Numbered from the stretch's first letter, positions 18,280 to 28,610 are shown. The stretch is DNA of 64,000 nucleotides from Candidatus Nanohalarchaeota archaeon (GCA_017610385.1 JAFCCC010000002.1:112424-176423), one strand, 5' to 3'. Made by a program: numbers and translations. Notes: generated by a model from the sequence alone, not told the origin.

Positions 18280-19398
18280 ATGGGTTATGCAATGGATTTC
18301 TTAATTCCGGCAGCAATTATGTATGCAAATCCGGGACTTACTAGAGAAGAATATGCTGAAGTTTTAAGACAGATAAGATTTCCTGCAAGTAGATTGATGA
18401 TAGAAGATTTTGAATATGTGGGTGGGGAGTATGCTAGTTCAGATTACAAGGCAGGATTATTCTCTGTTGCAAGAATTCTTGGATTAGAACCGACTCAAGA
18501 ATACAAAGAATTCTCTAAACCTGTCAAAGATGAAAAGGGATTGAATGTTTATGCGCCATCCATTAGACCCATAGTGAGACCTATTGTTGGAGCATTTTTA
18601 GAACCAATGTATAAGGTTACACTACATTTGCAAAACAAAGTTACTGTTCCAAAGAAAAAGGTGGAAGTTTGGAGACATGTATCTAATAAAAACGAAAAAT
18701 TTAAACCACAAGAGATAATCGACATGGAGTTTTATCAATCAATGGACTCTTCTGCAAACTGGCAAATCTTAGAAGTTCTTGATCAAGATTTTTGTCCAAC
18801 GGAACTAGATGAAACTGGTTTTCCTATAGATTTCGATGATTACGGGATGCCAGGAGATATGTTTCATGCACATTTACGAGTCTTAGAATTTATAAGAGAA
18901 TTTGATGAAGTAACTTTTCCTGATTTGGATTCTTTGACTGCGGCGTATCCTATGCTTCATCCAGATCAGATCTGGGATTGGTCTCAAGAAAAAGGGGATA
19001 TTTCTTTGTCTAATGTTTTTCTATCTGACCGCCGTAAAGACGGGGGGGTTCACTGGATTATGAAAAACAGAAGATATTACATTGATTTCTCTTCGAGGGT
19101 CTCTGAAAAAATTTATACAAGTCTTAGAGTTACAATGGCGGCTATAAAACAAGGGGCTATGGGTGCTTTTGGACACCAACCATCAGATGGGCATTACTGG
19201 CCAAAACTAAAGACAAATTTTCCAGAAATACGCCAGGAAAATAATGATGCCGTAGTAGATTATTGGACTTCGCGACGCGCGATTCAAACTGGCTCATCTA
19301 TTTCTGAATGGCTTAGGAAAAATATCATGCTAATCAGCCGCTCAGGTGAAAAATCTCTTAGGGATACTCAAATAATGAAAAGAGGTAGATATCACTAA
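18280..19398 (+). CDS. Hypothetical protein (372 aa)
   Basis: Long ORF; no recognised motif. Confidence 0.75.
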   Translation: MGYAMDFLIPAAIMYANPGLTREEYAEVLRQIRFPASRLMIEDFEYVGGEYASSDYKAGLFSVARILGLEPTQEYKEFSKPVKDEKGLNVYAPSIRPIVRPIVGAFLEPMYKVTLHLQNKVTVPKKKVEVWRHVSNKNEKFKPQEIIDMEFYQSMDSSANWQILEVLDQDFCPTELDETGFPIDFDDYGMPGDMFHAHLRVLEFIREFDEVTFPDLDSLTAAYPMLHPDQIWDWSQEKGDISLSNVFLSDRRKDGGVHWIMKNRRYYIDFSSRVSEKIYTSLRVTMAAIKQGAMGAFGHQPSDGHYWPKLKTNFPEIRQENNDAVVDYWTSRRAIQTGSSISEWLRKNIMLISRSGEKSLRDTQIMKRGRYH

Positions 19399-19405
19399 GT
19401 TATTT

Positions 19406-19681
19406 TTAAAGAATTTTTTTAATGTCGTTCCTTAATTCATCAATCTTGGAATGAATATGCTCCGGAACGATTTTATTATGAAGTTCATTTAGAACAGTTA
19501 ATCTTTGAGCTGCGACGCCAATCAAATGAGTGGCTTCATCAATGAGCGCCTGTGGTTCAGAAATTGGTTCTCCTGTTCTATTTTTTGTGTTGACTGTTGA
19601 TTTGCAAGATGGGCAGGTTGGTCTCAATAACTTTCCTTTGTATTCCCAGTCATATCCGCACTTATTACACGTCAATCTCAT
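19406..19681 (-). CDS. Small Zn-ribbon protein
   Basis: C.KCGY.W.Y.G.....CPSC N-terminal Zn ribbon with a coiled C-terminus. Confidence 0.7.
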   Translation of the reverse strand: MRLTCNKCGYDWEYKGKLLRPTCPSCKSTVNTKNRTGEPISEPQALIDEATHLIGVAAQRLTVLNELHNKIVPEHIHSKIDELRNDIKKIL

Positions 19682-19814
19682 AAATATAAAAGTAGTAGTA
19701 TAGGTTTATATAGGTTTTGGTGTGGAAGGCTTTGCACATAACTCAAGTAAAGTGTATGAAATGGTTTATACGACACTACACAGATTTTTAAAGATTTAAT
19801 ATAAACTTAGTTCT

Positions 19815-20282
19815 ATGACAATAACGAATGTAGGGGACATATCAGAATTTTTAGGGGTCCAATTACCTGAAAAAGAAGTATTGGGAGGTTATGTTGTAGA
19901 GAATTGGCATGGAATAGATGTAAGAGTTATAGTATATACAAAAGGAACTGGCTGGAGTTCTTCTCTACCTTCAGCTGCGTATATGGAATACTGTGAAAAC
20001 AATGGAATTGGGGGGGAGATAGTTTGGTCTCCATACAGGTTTGCACCACGAGAGGTTCTGGTCAATGAGAAATATGGAGGAACGACACACGTATCTCTTT
20101 CTCTAAGAAATGAACTTCCAGAACAAGTTTCTAATATCATTTTAAAAAGAGATGATTTTAAAAAAGAGGCGAGGCGGTTATTCAAATCCAAAAGAAGTAA
20201 TGGGGGGTTTGTGGTTATAACAGATACTGCACTCAGAAATTCTAGAGCGGCGGGTTGGAAAGAATTGAGAAAACTATTTTAA
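19815..20282 (+). CDS. Hypothetical protein
   Basis: ORF with a TATA-like element about 25 nt upstream. Confidence 0.65.
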   Translation: MTITNVGDISEFLGVQLPEKEVLGGYVVENWHGIDVRVIVYTKGTGWSSSLPSAAYMEYCENNGIGGEIVWSPYRFAPREVLVNEKYGGTTHVSLSLRNELPEQVSNIILKRDDFKKEARRLFKSKRSNGGFVVITDTALRNSRAAGWKELRKLF

Positions 20283-20377
20283 ATGGAATGCTAGTAGCGT
20301 TATTATTTAAAAATTCAATTATTAGAATCTAATAAGCTTTCTGGACAATTAAATCAAGTACAATCTAGTTTTTTCCT

Positions 20378-20572
20378 TTATTCTCTTTTTGACGTATCGT
20401 TTAATATTTCAATGGTAAGCTTGGCTTTTTTTATCATGCCAACCTGAGGCACCAAAAACGCCATTAAATCACCGAAAGATTGATTATCGCCTTCAAAACC
20501 AATATGATTGTATTTTTTATTACCTAATTCTTCTATTCTATTAAATAAATGCCCTTCTATTGTTTTTTTCAT
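20378..20572 (-). CDS. Small hypothetical protein
   Basis: 64-aa ORF starting at ATG. Confidence 0.5.
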   Translation of the reverse strand: MKKTIEGHLFNRIEELGNKKYNHIGFEGDNQSFGDLMAFLVPQVGMIKKAKLTIEILNDTSKRE

Positions 20573-20716
20573 AATATTTTATTCTCTTGTTTGATTTAAT
20601 AGTTACCCATAAGGACAACAATACATGGATTAAAAGAAATTCTGCCAAGCAAAGACTATTTTAAGAATAATTACATAATCGTTATTTATAAAAATCTGAA
20701 AGTTTATTTTAATTAT

Positions 20717-21598
20717 TTGTTATTAATGACGGCTAAATCAAAAGTCTTATCCTTCACGAACTCAAACGGGAAAATAGTTTATAATCCGTCTATTCCATTT
20801 GAACACAAAGGGAAAATATACATGTGTGTTAGGATAGAATCTTTTGAAAGTGAGTTAGATTCTCAAACTTTTTTTGCATATGAAATAGACAAGAATGCTA
20901 ATTTATGGAGTATTGATTATTCTTTAGAATCATTACCCTTGCAAGATCCATCATATATCAAAATTAATGGAGAAACATTAATTTTAGGTGTGAGAGTTTG
21001 GCAAAAGGATGGTAAAATAAAATGGAAACAAGATATTTACAGAGGAAATTCAATTAATAATTTGGAGTATTTCACTTCTGGCCCTATCGGGATGAAAGAT
21101 ATTCGTTTAGTTGATTTAGAAGATAGAATAGGTGTATTTACAAGGATGCGAGGAAGAGTTTGGAGTAGAGGAAAAATTGGATATTTTGAGGTAAAAAATG
21201 TTGATGAATTAGGTGCCCTTACAAAAAAGAAATGGTGTAGCGCAAAAATTATTAACGATCTATTTGGTAATACGGAGTGGGGTGGCGTAAATCAAGCAAT
21301 AAAACTTCCAGGAGGCGAGATCGGTGTAATTGGTCACATTGCACATCAAACCATTAATAATAAAAGTGAATTAGAAAAGCATTATCGCGGAATGTGTTTT
21401 AGATTTAATCCAAAAACAAATACCCATTCTGAACTTAGGATTATTGCCACCAGAGCGGATTTTCCACGCACCAGCTCTAAAAGAAGTCCTGAATTGAATG
21501 ATGTTATATTTTCTGGTGGAATTGATATAGAAAATAATTTCTATTGTGGATTATCTGATTTTTGTGTTGCGAAAAAGAAAATTGAAAACTTATTCTGA
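20717..21598 (+). CDS. DUF1861/MTP-like five-bladed beta-propeller glycoside hydrolase/phosphorylase (start probably ATG 20726)
   Basis: VYNPS.PF, R.ES, LQDP, GP.GMKDIRL, IGVFTR, WGGVN, GHIA, DVIFSGG, GLSD motifs. Confidence 0.75.
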   Translation: MLLMTAKSKVLSFTNSNGKIVYNPSIPFEHKGKIYMCVRIESFESELDSQTFFAYEIDKNANLWSIDYSLESLPLQDPSYIKINGETLILGVRVWQKDGKIKWKQDIYRGNSINNLEYFTSGPIGMKDIRLVDLEDRIGVFTRMRGRVWSRGKIGYFEVKNVDELGALTKKKWCSAKIINDLFGNTEWGGVNQAIKLPGGEIGVIGHIAHQTINNKSELEKHYRGMCFRFNPKTNTHSELRIIATRADFPRTSSKRSPELNDVIFSGGIDIENNFYCGLSDFCVAKKKIENLF

Positions 21599-21649
21599 GC
21601 GAGTGTTGGTTTTTTGGAGTAATGTAAAAAAACTAATTGTGCGAAGCAA

Positions 21650-21925
21650 TTATTTTGAGCGTAATTGTTTTTTGTATTTGCCAGTTTTCTTGTCTATTAT
21701 GGCCTGTGCTTTAATTTTTTGCAGGGTAGATAAAATTTCAATGGTGTCTTTTTGTAATTTTTTTGGTTTATCTCCTGTTTTGGTCTTCTTCAATTCTACT
21801 TGGATTTTATTTTTCTTTTTTTTAAGCAGAGAGAATATAAAGGACTTTCCAAAGCGTATTACGAACAGAGTTAAAATAATAAGTGCGCCCCACTCCAAAA
21901 TCGCAAAGAGTACTTGTTCTGCCAT
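21650..21925 (-). CDS. Small membrane protein with a Lys-rich tail
   Basis: N-terminal TM segment, basic C-terminus. Confidence 0.55.
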   Translation of the reverse strand: MAEQVLFAILEWGALIILTLFVIRFGKSFIFSLLKKKKNKIQVELKKTKTGDKPKKLQKDTIEILSTLQKIKAQAIIDKKTGKYKKQLRSK

Positions 21926-21973
21926 ATTAAAAAATAGGAAAGTATTATTTTTAAGCTTGACCTAACTTAGACT

Positions 21974-22324
21974 ATGAAAATAGAATCATATGATTTTGGT
22001 ACAATTACAATCAATAATCGCGTTTACTTCAAAGATGTGATTGTATTTCCAGATCATGTTTTGAATTATTGGGTTCGGGAAGAGCATCTTGTTCTGAAAC
22101 CAGCAGATTTAGTTGAAGTAATTAAGACTGCACCAGATCTTTTGCTGATTGGTACAGGCTATTCTGGAGTTTTGGAAATTCCAAAGGAGACTAGAAAATA
22201 TTTGAAAGGAGAAAGGATTAAATTTAAGATTATGAATTCACGAGGTGCTATTAAAGAATATCAAAAAATTATGGAGAAAAAACCTAAAAACAAGGTTGTT
22301 TTGGCTATTCATCTTACAAGTTAA
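21974..22324 (+). CDS. Mth938-like (DUF498/AAMDC) protein
   Basis: IESY.FG.I.I, DVIVFP, LLIGTGY.G, C-terminal HLT. Confidence 0.85.
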   Translation: MKIESYDFGTITINNRVYFKDVIVFPDHVLNYWVREEHLVLKPADLVEVIKTAPDLLLIGTGYSGVLEIPKETRKYLKGERIKFKIMNSRGAIKEYQKIMEKKPKNKVVLAIHLTS

Positions 22325-22423
22325 TAGGAAATATCATTTTCTTTGCAAAGTTTCGTGTACTTATTGGTTTTACGTGTTCCTTAGATAAGATATTTAAACT
22401 AAAAAACATAACTTTTACTAGTT

Positions 22424-22437
22424 ACTGAAAGTTCAGT
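22424..22437. promoter_or_regulatory. Palindromic operator candidate ACTGAA-N2-TTCAGT
   Basis: Perfect 6-bp inverted repeat between a TATA-like TTTAAA near 22393 and the regulator start. Confidence 0.5.
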
Positions 22438-22945
22438 GAATTATAAAAGGTCATTGCTTATGAGTGCTCGCGACGAATTTATAAAATTATTAACTCAAAG
22501 TATGAGAAATAATGGTTTAGATGAACTTCCATCTAAATTAGTTGCAATTTTGTACATTTCTCCAGAACCAGTTTCTTTAGAGAGCTTGGCAGAGGAAACA
22601 AAATACAGTTTATCTGCAGTCAGTACCGCTATGAAATTCATGACTCAGTTAGGGATGGTGAAAACAACCAAAAAACCAAAATCCAGAAAAATATATTATT
22701 ATTTTGAAAAAGATTTGATTACGTTTACTTTAGAGTTGGCTAAGAAAAAACGAGATTTAAATATTAGACCTACATTAGAAAAACTTCCGAAAATTCTTAA
22801 AAAATACAAAAAATCTAAAATGCCTCGAGCAAAAAAAGAATTGGAAATTGCACAGACATATTATACTCAAACAAAACACTTAGAAACTGTTTTGACCAAA
22901 ACGATTCAAAATCTTGAAAAAATACATCAGGGCGATTATAAATGA
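22436..22945 (+). CDS. GbsR/MarR-type winged-HTH regulator (start probably ATG 22460)
   Basis: LYISPEPVSL..LAEET.YSLSAVSTAM..L.....V......SRK.YY. Confidence 0.8.
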   Translation: MNYKRSLLMSARDEFIKLLTQSMRNNGLDELPSKLVAILYISPEPVSLESLAEETKYSLSAVSTAMKFMTQLGMVKTTKKPKSRKIYYYFEKDLITFTLELAKKKRDLNIRPTLEKLPKILKKYKKSKMPRAKKELEIAQTYYTQTKHLETVLTKTIQNLEKIHQGDYK

Positions 22946-23628
22946 AAAAGAAAGATGCGACGATTATTGAACTAAAAGACGTGTACAAAATATATGAATT
23001 AGGTGGGAAAGAAGTCCGTGCTCTAAATGGTTCTAGTTTACATATACGAAGAGGCGAATTTGTCTTAATTATGGGTCCAAGTGGGAGTGGAAAATCAACT
23101 TTAATGAATATGGTAGGTTGTTTGGATCTTCCAACTTCCGGCACCATTCATTTAGAAAATTATAATATTGCTCATTTACCTGAATCTGATTTGGCTCAAA
23201 TCAGGGGAAAAACAGTTGGATTTGTTTTTCAAACATTTAATCTAATTGCAACACTAACCGCATTAGAAAATGTTATGTTACCTATGACTTTTCAAGGGGT
23301 TCCAAAAATCAAGCGAATTCAACGCGCCCGAGAATTATTAATAGAGGTTGGTTTGCTTGATCGAATTAATCATAAACCAAGTGAAATATCTGGTGGAGAA
23401 AGACAAAGGGTGGCTATTGCGCGCGCTTTAGCAAATGATCCGGATGTGATTTTAGCTGATGAACCAACAGGTAATTTAGATACTAAAACAGGTGTAAAGA
23501 TAATGGAAATGTTAAGTTCCTTGAATAAAAACAAAGGAAAAACAATTGTGGTAGTAACTCATGATTCTCGATTAACAACTTATGCTGATCGTGTAATAAA
23601 AATTATGGATGGTGTAACAAATGAATAA
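22942..23628 (+). CDS. ABC transporter ATPase (LolD/MacB type)
   Basis: [37 protein letters not shown]. Confidence 0.95.
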   Translation: MKKKDATIIELKDVYKIYELGGKEVRALNGSSLHIRRGEFVLIMGPSGSGKSTLMNMVGCLDLPTSGTIHLENYNIAHLPESDLAQIRGKTVGFVFQTFNLIATLTALENVMLPMTFQGVPKIKRIQRARELLIEVGLLDRINHKPSEISGGERQRVAIARALANDPDVILADEPTGNLDTKTGVKIMEMLSSLNKNKGKTIVVVTHDSRLTTYADRVIKIMDGVTNE

Positions 23629-24844
23629 AAAGTTTTTGGGTGGTTGTTTGCCAGTATTATTTGGTTTATTTTTAGTTTTTTCTACATTTACTGCAGCAAC
23701 ACCTACCGGTACAAATCTACAACTGGTTTTAATAAAAAGTGAACCAGTTTCTCTACAGGCAGGCACATATGCAGATATTTGGTTAAAAATACTAAATAAT
23801 GGAACAGTGACTGCGAGAAATGTTGAATTGCATTTTAATGATAATTTTCCATTTTATGTTGTTTCTGGAGAAAAAAGAGTCTGGGATTTTGGGAAGATTA
23901 TTGCAGGAGATGAGGTTCAAGTAAAAACAAGAATTGCAGTTAATGACACCGCTCTAGAGGGAGATAATGAACTGCGCTTTTTGCTGAAAATCAATGGTTT
24001 TAGCATTGTAAAGAAAATTTCAGTGGATATTGGGGAAGACAGTCCTGCATTGCTAATCACTAGAGTATCTACTGAACCTAATTACATTGCTCCGGGAAGT
24101 GAAGCTAAAATTATCATAGAATTGAAAAATGGGGGGTACAAATATCTTCGAGATATTGACGTAAATCTAAGTTTTTCAAGCAATATACCCTTACTTCCAA
24201 TTGGATCTTCATCTGTAAAGAGAATAAATGAAATTGCGCCACAAGAAACAACAAAAATAGGATTTGATGTGAAAGCGACAGAATCTGCGACATCACAGAC
24301 CTATGGGGTTCCTATAAATCTAAAATTCTTTGACAGTGCCGGAACTCAACATGAAAAAACAGAAATTACTGGAATTAAAATTGGAGGAACACCAAAATTA
24401 GTCTTTCATATAGAAAATACAGTAGTACTAAAATCAAAGCAAACCAACACAATACAATTGAGTGTTGTTAATAAAGACATGATTGACGCCAAGTTCGTTA
24501 ATTTAGAATTTGTAACAACAGACGGTTACAAAATTGTGTCTCCCACATCAGTTTATCTTGGAAACATAGATTCTGACGACTATCAGACCACAGACGTAGA
24601 GATTTACTGTGAAAAGTCTGGAATAACAAAGCTTACAGTCAATTTAGAATACAGCTCACCAGACGGTATTGGGTTTGTAGAAACAAAAACTGTGCCATTA
24701 AAAGTCTACACAAAAAAAGAAATTTCAACCCTTGGTTTAGAACAAAGGAACAATAACTGGATAGGTGGATTAGTTGTTATTTTGGCAATTGGAAGCTATT
24801 TTGGTTATAGAAAATACAAGAAAAAGAAACAGAACAAAAAATAA
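23621..24844 (+). CDS. COG1361-type S-layer-domain exported protein
   Basis: Signal peptide, repeated Ig-like beta segments, C-terminal TM and basic tail; position within the ABC operon. Confidence 0.75.
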   Translation: MNKKFLGGCLPVLFGLFLVFSTFTAATPTGTNLQLVLIKSEPVSLQAGTYADIWLKILNNGTVTARNVELHFNDNFPFYVVSGEKRVWDFGKIIAGDEVQVKTRIAVNDTALEGDNELRFLLKINGFSIVKKISVDIGEDSPALLITRVSTEPNYIAPGSEAKIIIELKNGGYKYLRDIDVNLSFSSNIPLLPIGSSSVKRINEIAPQETTKIGFDVKATESATSQTYGVPINLKFFDSAGTQHEKTEITGIKIGGTPKLVFHIENTVVLKSKQTNTIQLSVVNKDMIDAKFVNLEFVTTDGYKIVSPTSVYLGNIDSDDYQTTDVEIYCEKSGITKLTVNLEYSSPDGIGFVETKTVPLKVYTKKEISTLGLEQRNNNWIGGLVVILAIGSYFGYRKYKKKKQNKK

Positions 24845-24853
24845 GGGATCGCG

Positions 24854-26077
24854 ATGTTAGAAGATTTCGCAAAGATGGCATTTAGAAATATAACTAGAAG
24901 AAAAATGCGATCCTGGCTTACCATGTTAGGAATTTTTATTGGGATCGCCGCAGTGGTAACTTTAATTTCTTTGGGTCAAGGATTTCAAGGTACAATTAAT
25001 GAGCAATTTGAAAAGTTGGGACCAAATAGATTGATAATAACTCCGGGAAATTCTGAAATGGGATTTCAGGGTGGTTCATTAACAACAGAGTATCTAACTG
25101 ATCGAGAAACCGAAATTGTTAGAAAAACAAGGGGAATTAGATTTGCGACAGGACTTTTGATAGAAAACGCGCGGATTGATTTTAATGATGAAGTAGCTCA
25201 TTTGAACGTAATTGGAGTAAAAACAGATTCAGGAACTACTGAGGAATTAGAACGTATTGGTTTTTTTGAAATAGAAACAGGAAGACAATTTAGCAATACA
25301 GATGGTTATGCTGCGATTCTAGGGCAAAACATAGCTAAAAAAACATTTGATAGAGAACTTAGAGTTGGCAATAAAATTCTAATAAATGACGTGCAATTTA
25401 AGGTGATTGGTATCCAAAAAACAGCTGGTACTGGCGTTCATGATGCCGTAATTAGAATTCCATTAGATACTGCAAGAGAAATTTTTGATGAACCGGTAAA
25501 AATCTCAGAGGTTATGGCTGCTACTCAAACAGTAGAGGATTTAGACGCTGTTGTAGATTCGGTAGAACGGGCTTTAAGAAAGTATAGAGATGTAAAAGAG
25601 GGAGAAGAAGACTTTAGTGTTCAAACGTCTAAACAAATCATAAACCAACTAAATCAAATATTAACTTTGGTAAATGTTGTGTTTATTGGTATTGCGGCTA
25701 TTTCTTTAATTGTGGGAGGTATTGGAATTACCAATACAATGTACACCTCGGTTTTAGAAAGAACAAAAGAAATAGGAATTATGAAATCGGTGGGTGCGCG
25801 AAATTCAGATATTAGAAATATTTTTTTAATGGAATCTGGATTTCTTGGACTGGTTGGTGGAATTATTGGGGCGATTCTAGGACTTATGATTGCTAAAGTG
25901 GGAGAACTTATTGTTTTAAAGGCTGCAAATATTGTTTTAAAGCCATACATAAGCATTGAACTGATTGCGGGAGTTTTATTATTTTCATTTTTAATTGGGG
26001 CTCTCTCAGGAACATTTCCTGCGATGCAAGCAGCTAAAATGAACCCAGTTGAATGTTTGAGAGGCCGTATGAAATGA
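24854..26077 (+). CDS. ABC transporter permease (MacB/FtsX type) 1
   Basis: RSWLTMLGI.IGIAAVV, GGIGI.NTMY.SV.ERTKEIGIMK, PA..AA..NPVE.LR. Confidence 0.93.
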   Translation: MLEDFAKMAFRNITRRKMRSWLTMLGIFIGIAAVVTLISLGQGFQGTINEQFEKLGPNRLIITPGNSEMGFQGGSLTTEYLTDRETEIVRKTRGIRFATGLLIENARIDFNDEVAHLNVIGVKTDSGTTEELERIGFFEIETGRQFSNTDGYAAILGQNIAKKTFDRELRVGNKILINDVQFKVIGIQKTAGTGVHDAVIRIPLDTAREIFDEPVKISEVMAATQTVEDLDAVVDSVERALRKYRDVKEGEEDFSVQTSKQIINQLNQILTLVNVVFIGIAAISLIVGGIGITNTMYTSVLERTKEIGIMKSVGARNSDIRNIFLMESGFLGLVGGIIGAILGLMIAKVGELIVLKAANIVLKPYISIELIAGVLLFSFLIGALSGTFPAMQAAKMNPVECLRGRMK

Positions 26078-27285
26078 TAAAGGATTATTTTAAAATTGCG
26101 ACAGGAGGATTTATTCATAGGAAAAAAAGGACGTGGTTAACTCTTTTAGGAATAATTATAGGAATTGCATCTGTTGTTTCTTTGCTTTCATTAGGTTTTG
26201 GTATGTATGAGTCTTTAAATGAACAATTTGAAATGATGGGGGCAGATAAAATAATTATTACCCCTGGCGGATCTCTTTTTGGGTTGGGCGCTGGCGGGGC
26301 CAAAATACTAACAGAAGACGATCTAAGTAGTATTGAATCTGTTTCTGGAATATATAGTGCAACTCCTTGGCTTTACAAATCCGCAAGACTGAAGTTCAAT
26401 AGAGAGATTAAGTATGGAATGATTTTGGCTACAACTACGAATCCTGACGAAAGTATGCTTAAATCATTTAGTAATTTAGAAATCATCGCTGGTAGAGACT
26501 TTAAATTACGAGATCATAACAAAATGATTATAGGTTATCGTATTTCTACTGGAAAATTCTTTAATCACGGAGTTAAAGTCGGAGATAAAATTGAAGTTCA
26601 AGACAGAAAATTTGAAGTTATAGGGATTACGAGTGAAGTTGGAAATCCTCAAGACGATAGTCAAATCTATATTCCAATAAATGACGCGAGAGAGATTTTT
26701 AATGAAAATGAAAAAATAGATATGATCTTTGCTCAAGTAAGAGATGAAAACAAAGTAGTATCTGTCTCTGAAAACGTAGAACGGGCTTTAAGAAGATCTA
26801 GAAATGTAAAAGAAGGACAAGAAGATTTTAGTGTTATTACTTATGATCAAATTAGGGGCACATTCAATATAATTTTTTCAGCATTAATTGCAGTAATTAT
26901 TGGTATTGCGGCTATTTCTTTAATTGTGGGAGGTATTGGAATTACCAATACAATGTACACCTCGGTTTTAGAAAGAACAAAAGAAATAGGAATTATGAAA
27001 GCTCTTGGCGCGAGAAATAGGGCTATTTTAACAATTTTTGTAATTGAGGCGGGTTTATTGGGGTTGGTTGGTGGAGTAATTGGAATAATTTTGGGGGTGT
27101 TCTTGGGCTTGTTAGTTAAAACCGTTGCTAGTGCTGGGGGTATTAGTCTAATCAGAGCATCATTTCCAGCTTGGTTAATTATTGGTTCTTTACTTTTTTC
27201 TATTTTGATAGGTATTATTTCGGGGGTTTTTCCAGCTAAAAAAGCAGCTAAATTGAATCCTGCAGATGCTCTTCGGTATGAATAA
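26074..27285 (+). CDS. ABC transporter permease (MacB/FtsX type) 2 (start taken at ATG 26074)
   Basis: Same motifs as permease 1; ATGA overlap with its stop codon. Confidence 0.92.
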   Translation: MIKDYFKIATGGFIHRKKRTWLTLLGIIIGIASVVSLLSLGFGMYESLNEQFEMMGADKIIITPGGSLFGLGAGGAKILTEDDLSSIESVSGIYSATPWLYKSARLKFNREIKYGMILATTTNPDESMLKSFSNLEIIAGRDFKLRDHNKMIIGYRISTGKFFNHGVKVGDKIEVQDRKFEVIGITSEVGNPQDDSQIYIPINDAREIFNENEKIDMIFAQVRDENKVVSVSENVERALRRSRNVKEGQEDFSVITYDQIRGTFNIIFSALIAVIIGIAAISLIVGGIGITNTMYTSVLERTKEIGIMKALGARNRAILTIFVIEAGLLGLVGGVIGIILGVFLGLLVKTVASAGGISLIRASFPAWLIIGSLLFSILIGIISGVFPAKKAAKLNPADALRYE

Positions 27286-27330
27286 TTCTTTTTGGTAAAT
27301 TCAATATTCGGCAATATAGAAAGTTTCGAT

Positions 27331-27669
27331 TTAATTTAAATTTTCATTAAGCCATTGTTTTATGGCCTCTTCAGATTGTATCCCAATAAACCCACCGATA
27401 ACTTCACCATCCTTGAAAAGTTTAACAGAAGGTATACTTACTACATTATATTCTCTAGCCTTATTTGGATTTTCATCGGCATCTGCTTCTGCTAAAATAA
27501 ACTTTCCATTAAAATCCTTGGTCAGCTTTTCTAGGATGGGCTTTAGTATCTGACATGGCATACACCAACTAGCCCAGAAATCAACAAGTACTGGCACTGT
27601 TTTAGATTTTTCTATGACGTTCTCATCAAAATTTGTATCTTGGATGTCTATTTTGTGTTCTATATTCAT
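27331..27669 (-). CDS. trxA: Thioredoxin
   Basis: VDFWASWCMPC active site, V.SIP. Confidence 0.93.
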   Translation of the reverse strand: MNIEHKIDIQDTNFDENVIEKSKTVPVLVDFWASWCMPCQILKPILEKLTKDFNGKFILAEADADENPNKAREYNVVSIPSVKLFKDGEVIGGFIGIQSEEAIKQWLNENLN

Positions 27670-27754
27670 TTTTCTGCCCTTAGAGTCAATTGATAAGACA
27701 CTATTATCTATAATGAGCTCATACTGCTTTTTATATTATTAGATTTTATAAAAC

Positions 27755-28351
27755 ATGCTCAATTTTATATGGGTCGAAGTTCAATATTTTTTTATGGGGC
27801 AAAAAAAGAAAAATGAGACGCAGAAGATGTTGGGTGAATCTGATCAGGAAAATCAGAAAACACTATCTGAACAAACTGAACAAACCAAAATCGAAGATAC
27901 ACAAATTGAAGAAAAAGTTCCAGAACAAACTCTAGAAGAACTATCTGCAGAAGAATCAGTTCCAATAGAAAAAACTGTGCCAGAACCTTCTAAGGTTACT
28001 ATCGGAGAGACGCCTAAGAATAAGGAAACAGAAAAAAAGAAAGAAGAATCTGAGGAAAATGTAATTCCTATTGAGATGGCTCCAGATTGTGAAAGCTGCG
28101 GAATGCCTATGCAAAGAGCTACAGATCATGGTAACGAAGATTTGAATAATCCGTACTGCGTGAGTTGTACTGATGACGAAGGTAAACTAAAAAGTTTTGA
28201 TGTTGTTAAAACGCAGATGATTGAGTTTTATACTCAAATTAAAAATTGTTCGTGGTTAGAGGCTGAGAATGTAGTTGCTGAAATGATGAAACATTTGCCA
28301 GCATGGAATAAAAATGAAAAACCAAAAGAAGAAAGTGTGTCTACCCAATAA
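27755..28351 (+). CDS. Protein with an acidic low-complexity N-terminus and a Zn-ribbon domain (start probably ATG 27794)
   Basis: CESCGMPM...YC..C...G and L.AW motifs. Confidence 0.7.
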   Translation: MLNFIWVEVQYFFMGQKKKNETQKMLGESDQENQKTLSEQTEQTKIEDTQIEEKVPEQTLEELSAEESVPIEKTVPEPSKVTIGETPKNKETEKKKEESEENVIPIEMAPDCESCGMPMQRATDHGNEDLNNPYCVSCTDDEGKLKSFDVVKTQMIEFYTQIKNCSWLEAENVVAEMMKHLPAWNKNEKPKEESVSTQ

Positions 28352-28610
28352 ACTCTTGAAGTTCCGTTTCAGCTTCTGGGGTATCTAATACTCCCGCAAC
28401 TTCCTCAATTTCTGCATATTCTCTTAATTCGTCTAACTTTTTGTCTAATTTTTCAATAGATTCATCTTCACAAACGCAAACAATCACAAAAGGGTCTAAT
28501 GCAAAATGATGAAGTTCTTTTAATTCTAAGGCAAATCCTTTATTTTTTACTTTGCTTATGAACTCCTTGAACTTCGCTTCAATTACTCTAAACTCCAAAA
28601 AGAATTTCAT
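28341..28610 (-). CDS. Hypothetical protein (possibly EF-1beta-like ferredoxin fold)
   Basis: 89-aa acidic ORF with an alpha/beta pattern; fold assignment is weak. Confidence 0.5.
   Translation of the reverse strand: MKFFLEFRVIEAKFKEFISKVKNKGFALELKELHHFALDPFVIVCVCEDESIEKLDKKLDELREYAEIEEVAGVLDTPEAETELQEFIG

Noticed and set aside
21546-21965. 139-aa plus-strand ORF
   Set aside because: It is antisense to the more plausible 21650-21925 membrane protein and its Phe-rich composition mirrors that gene's Lys codons.
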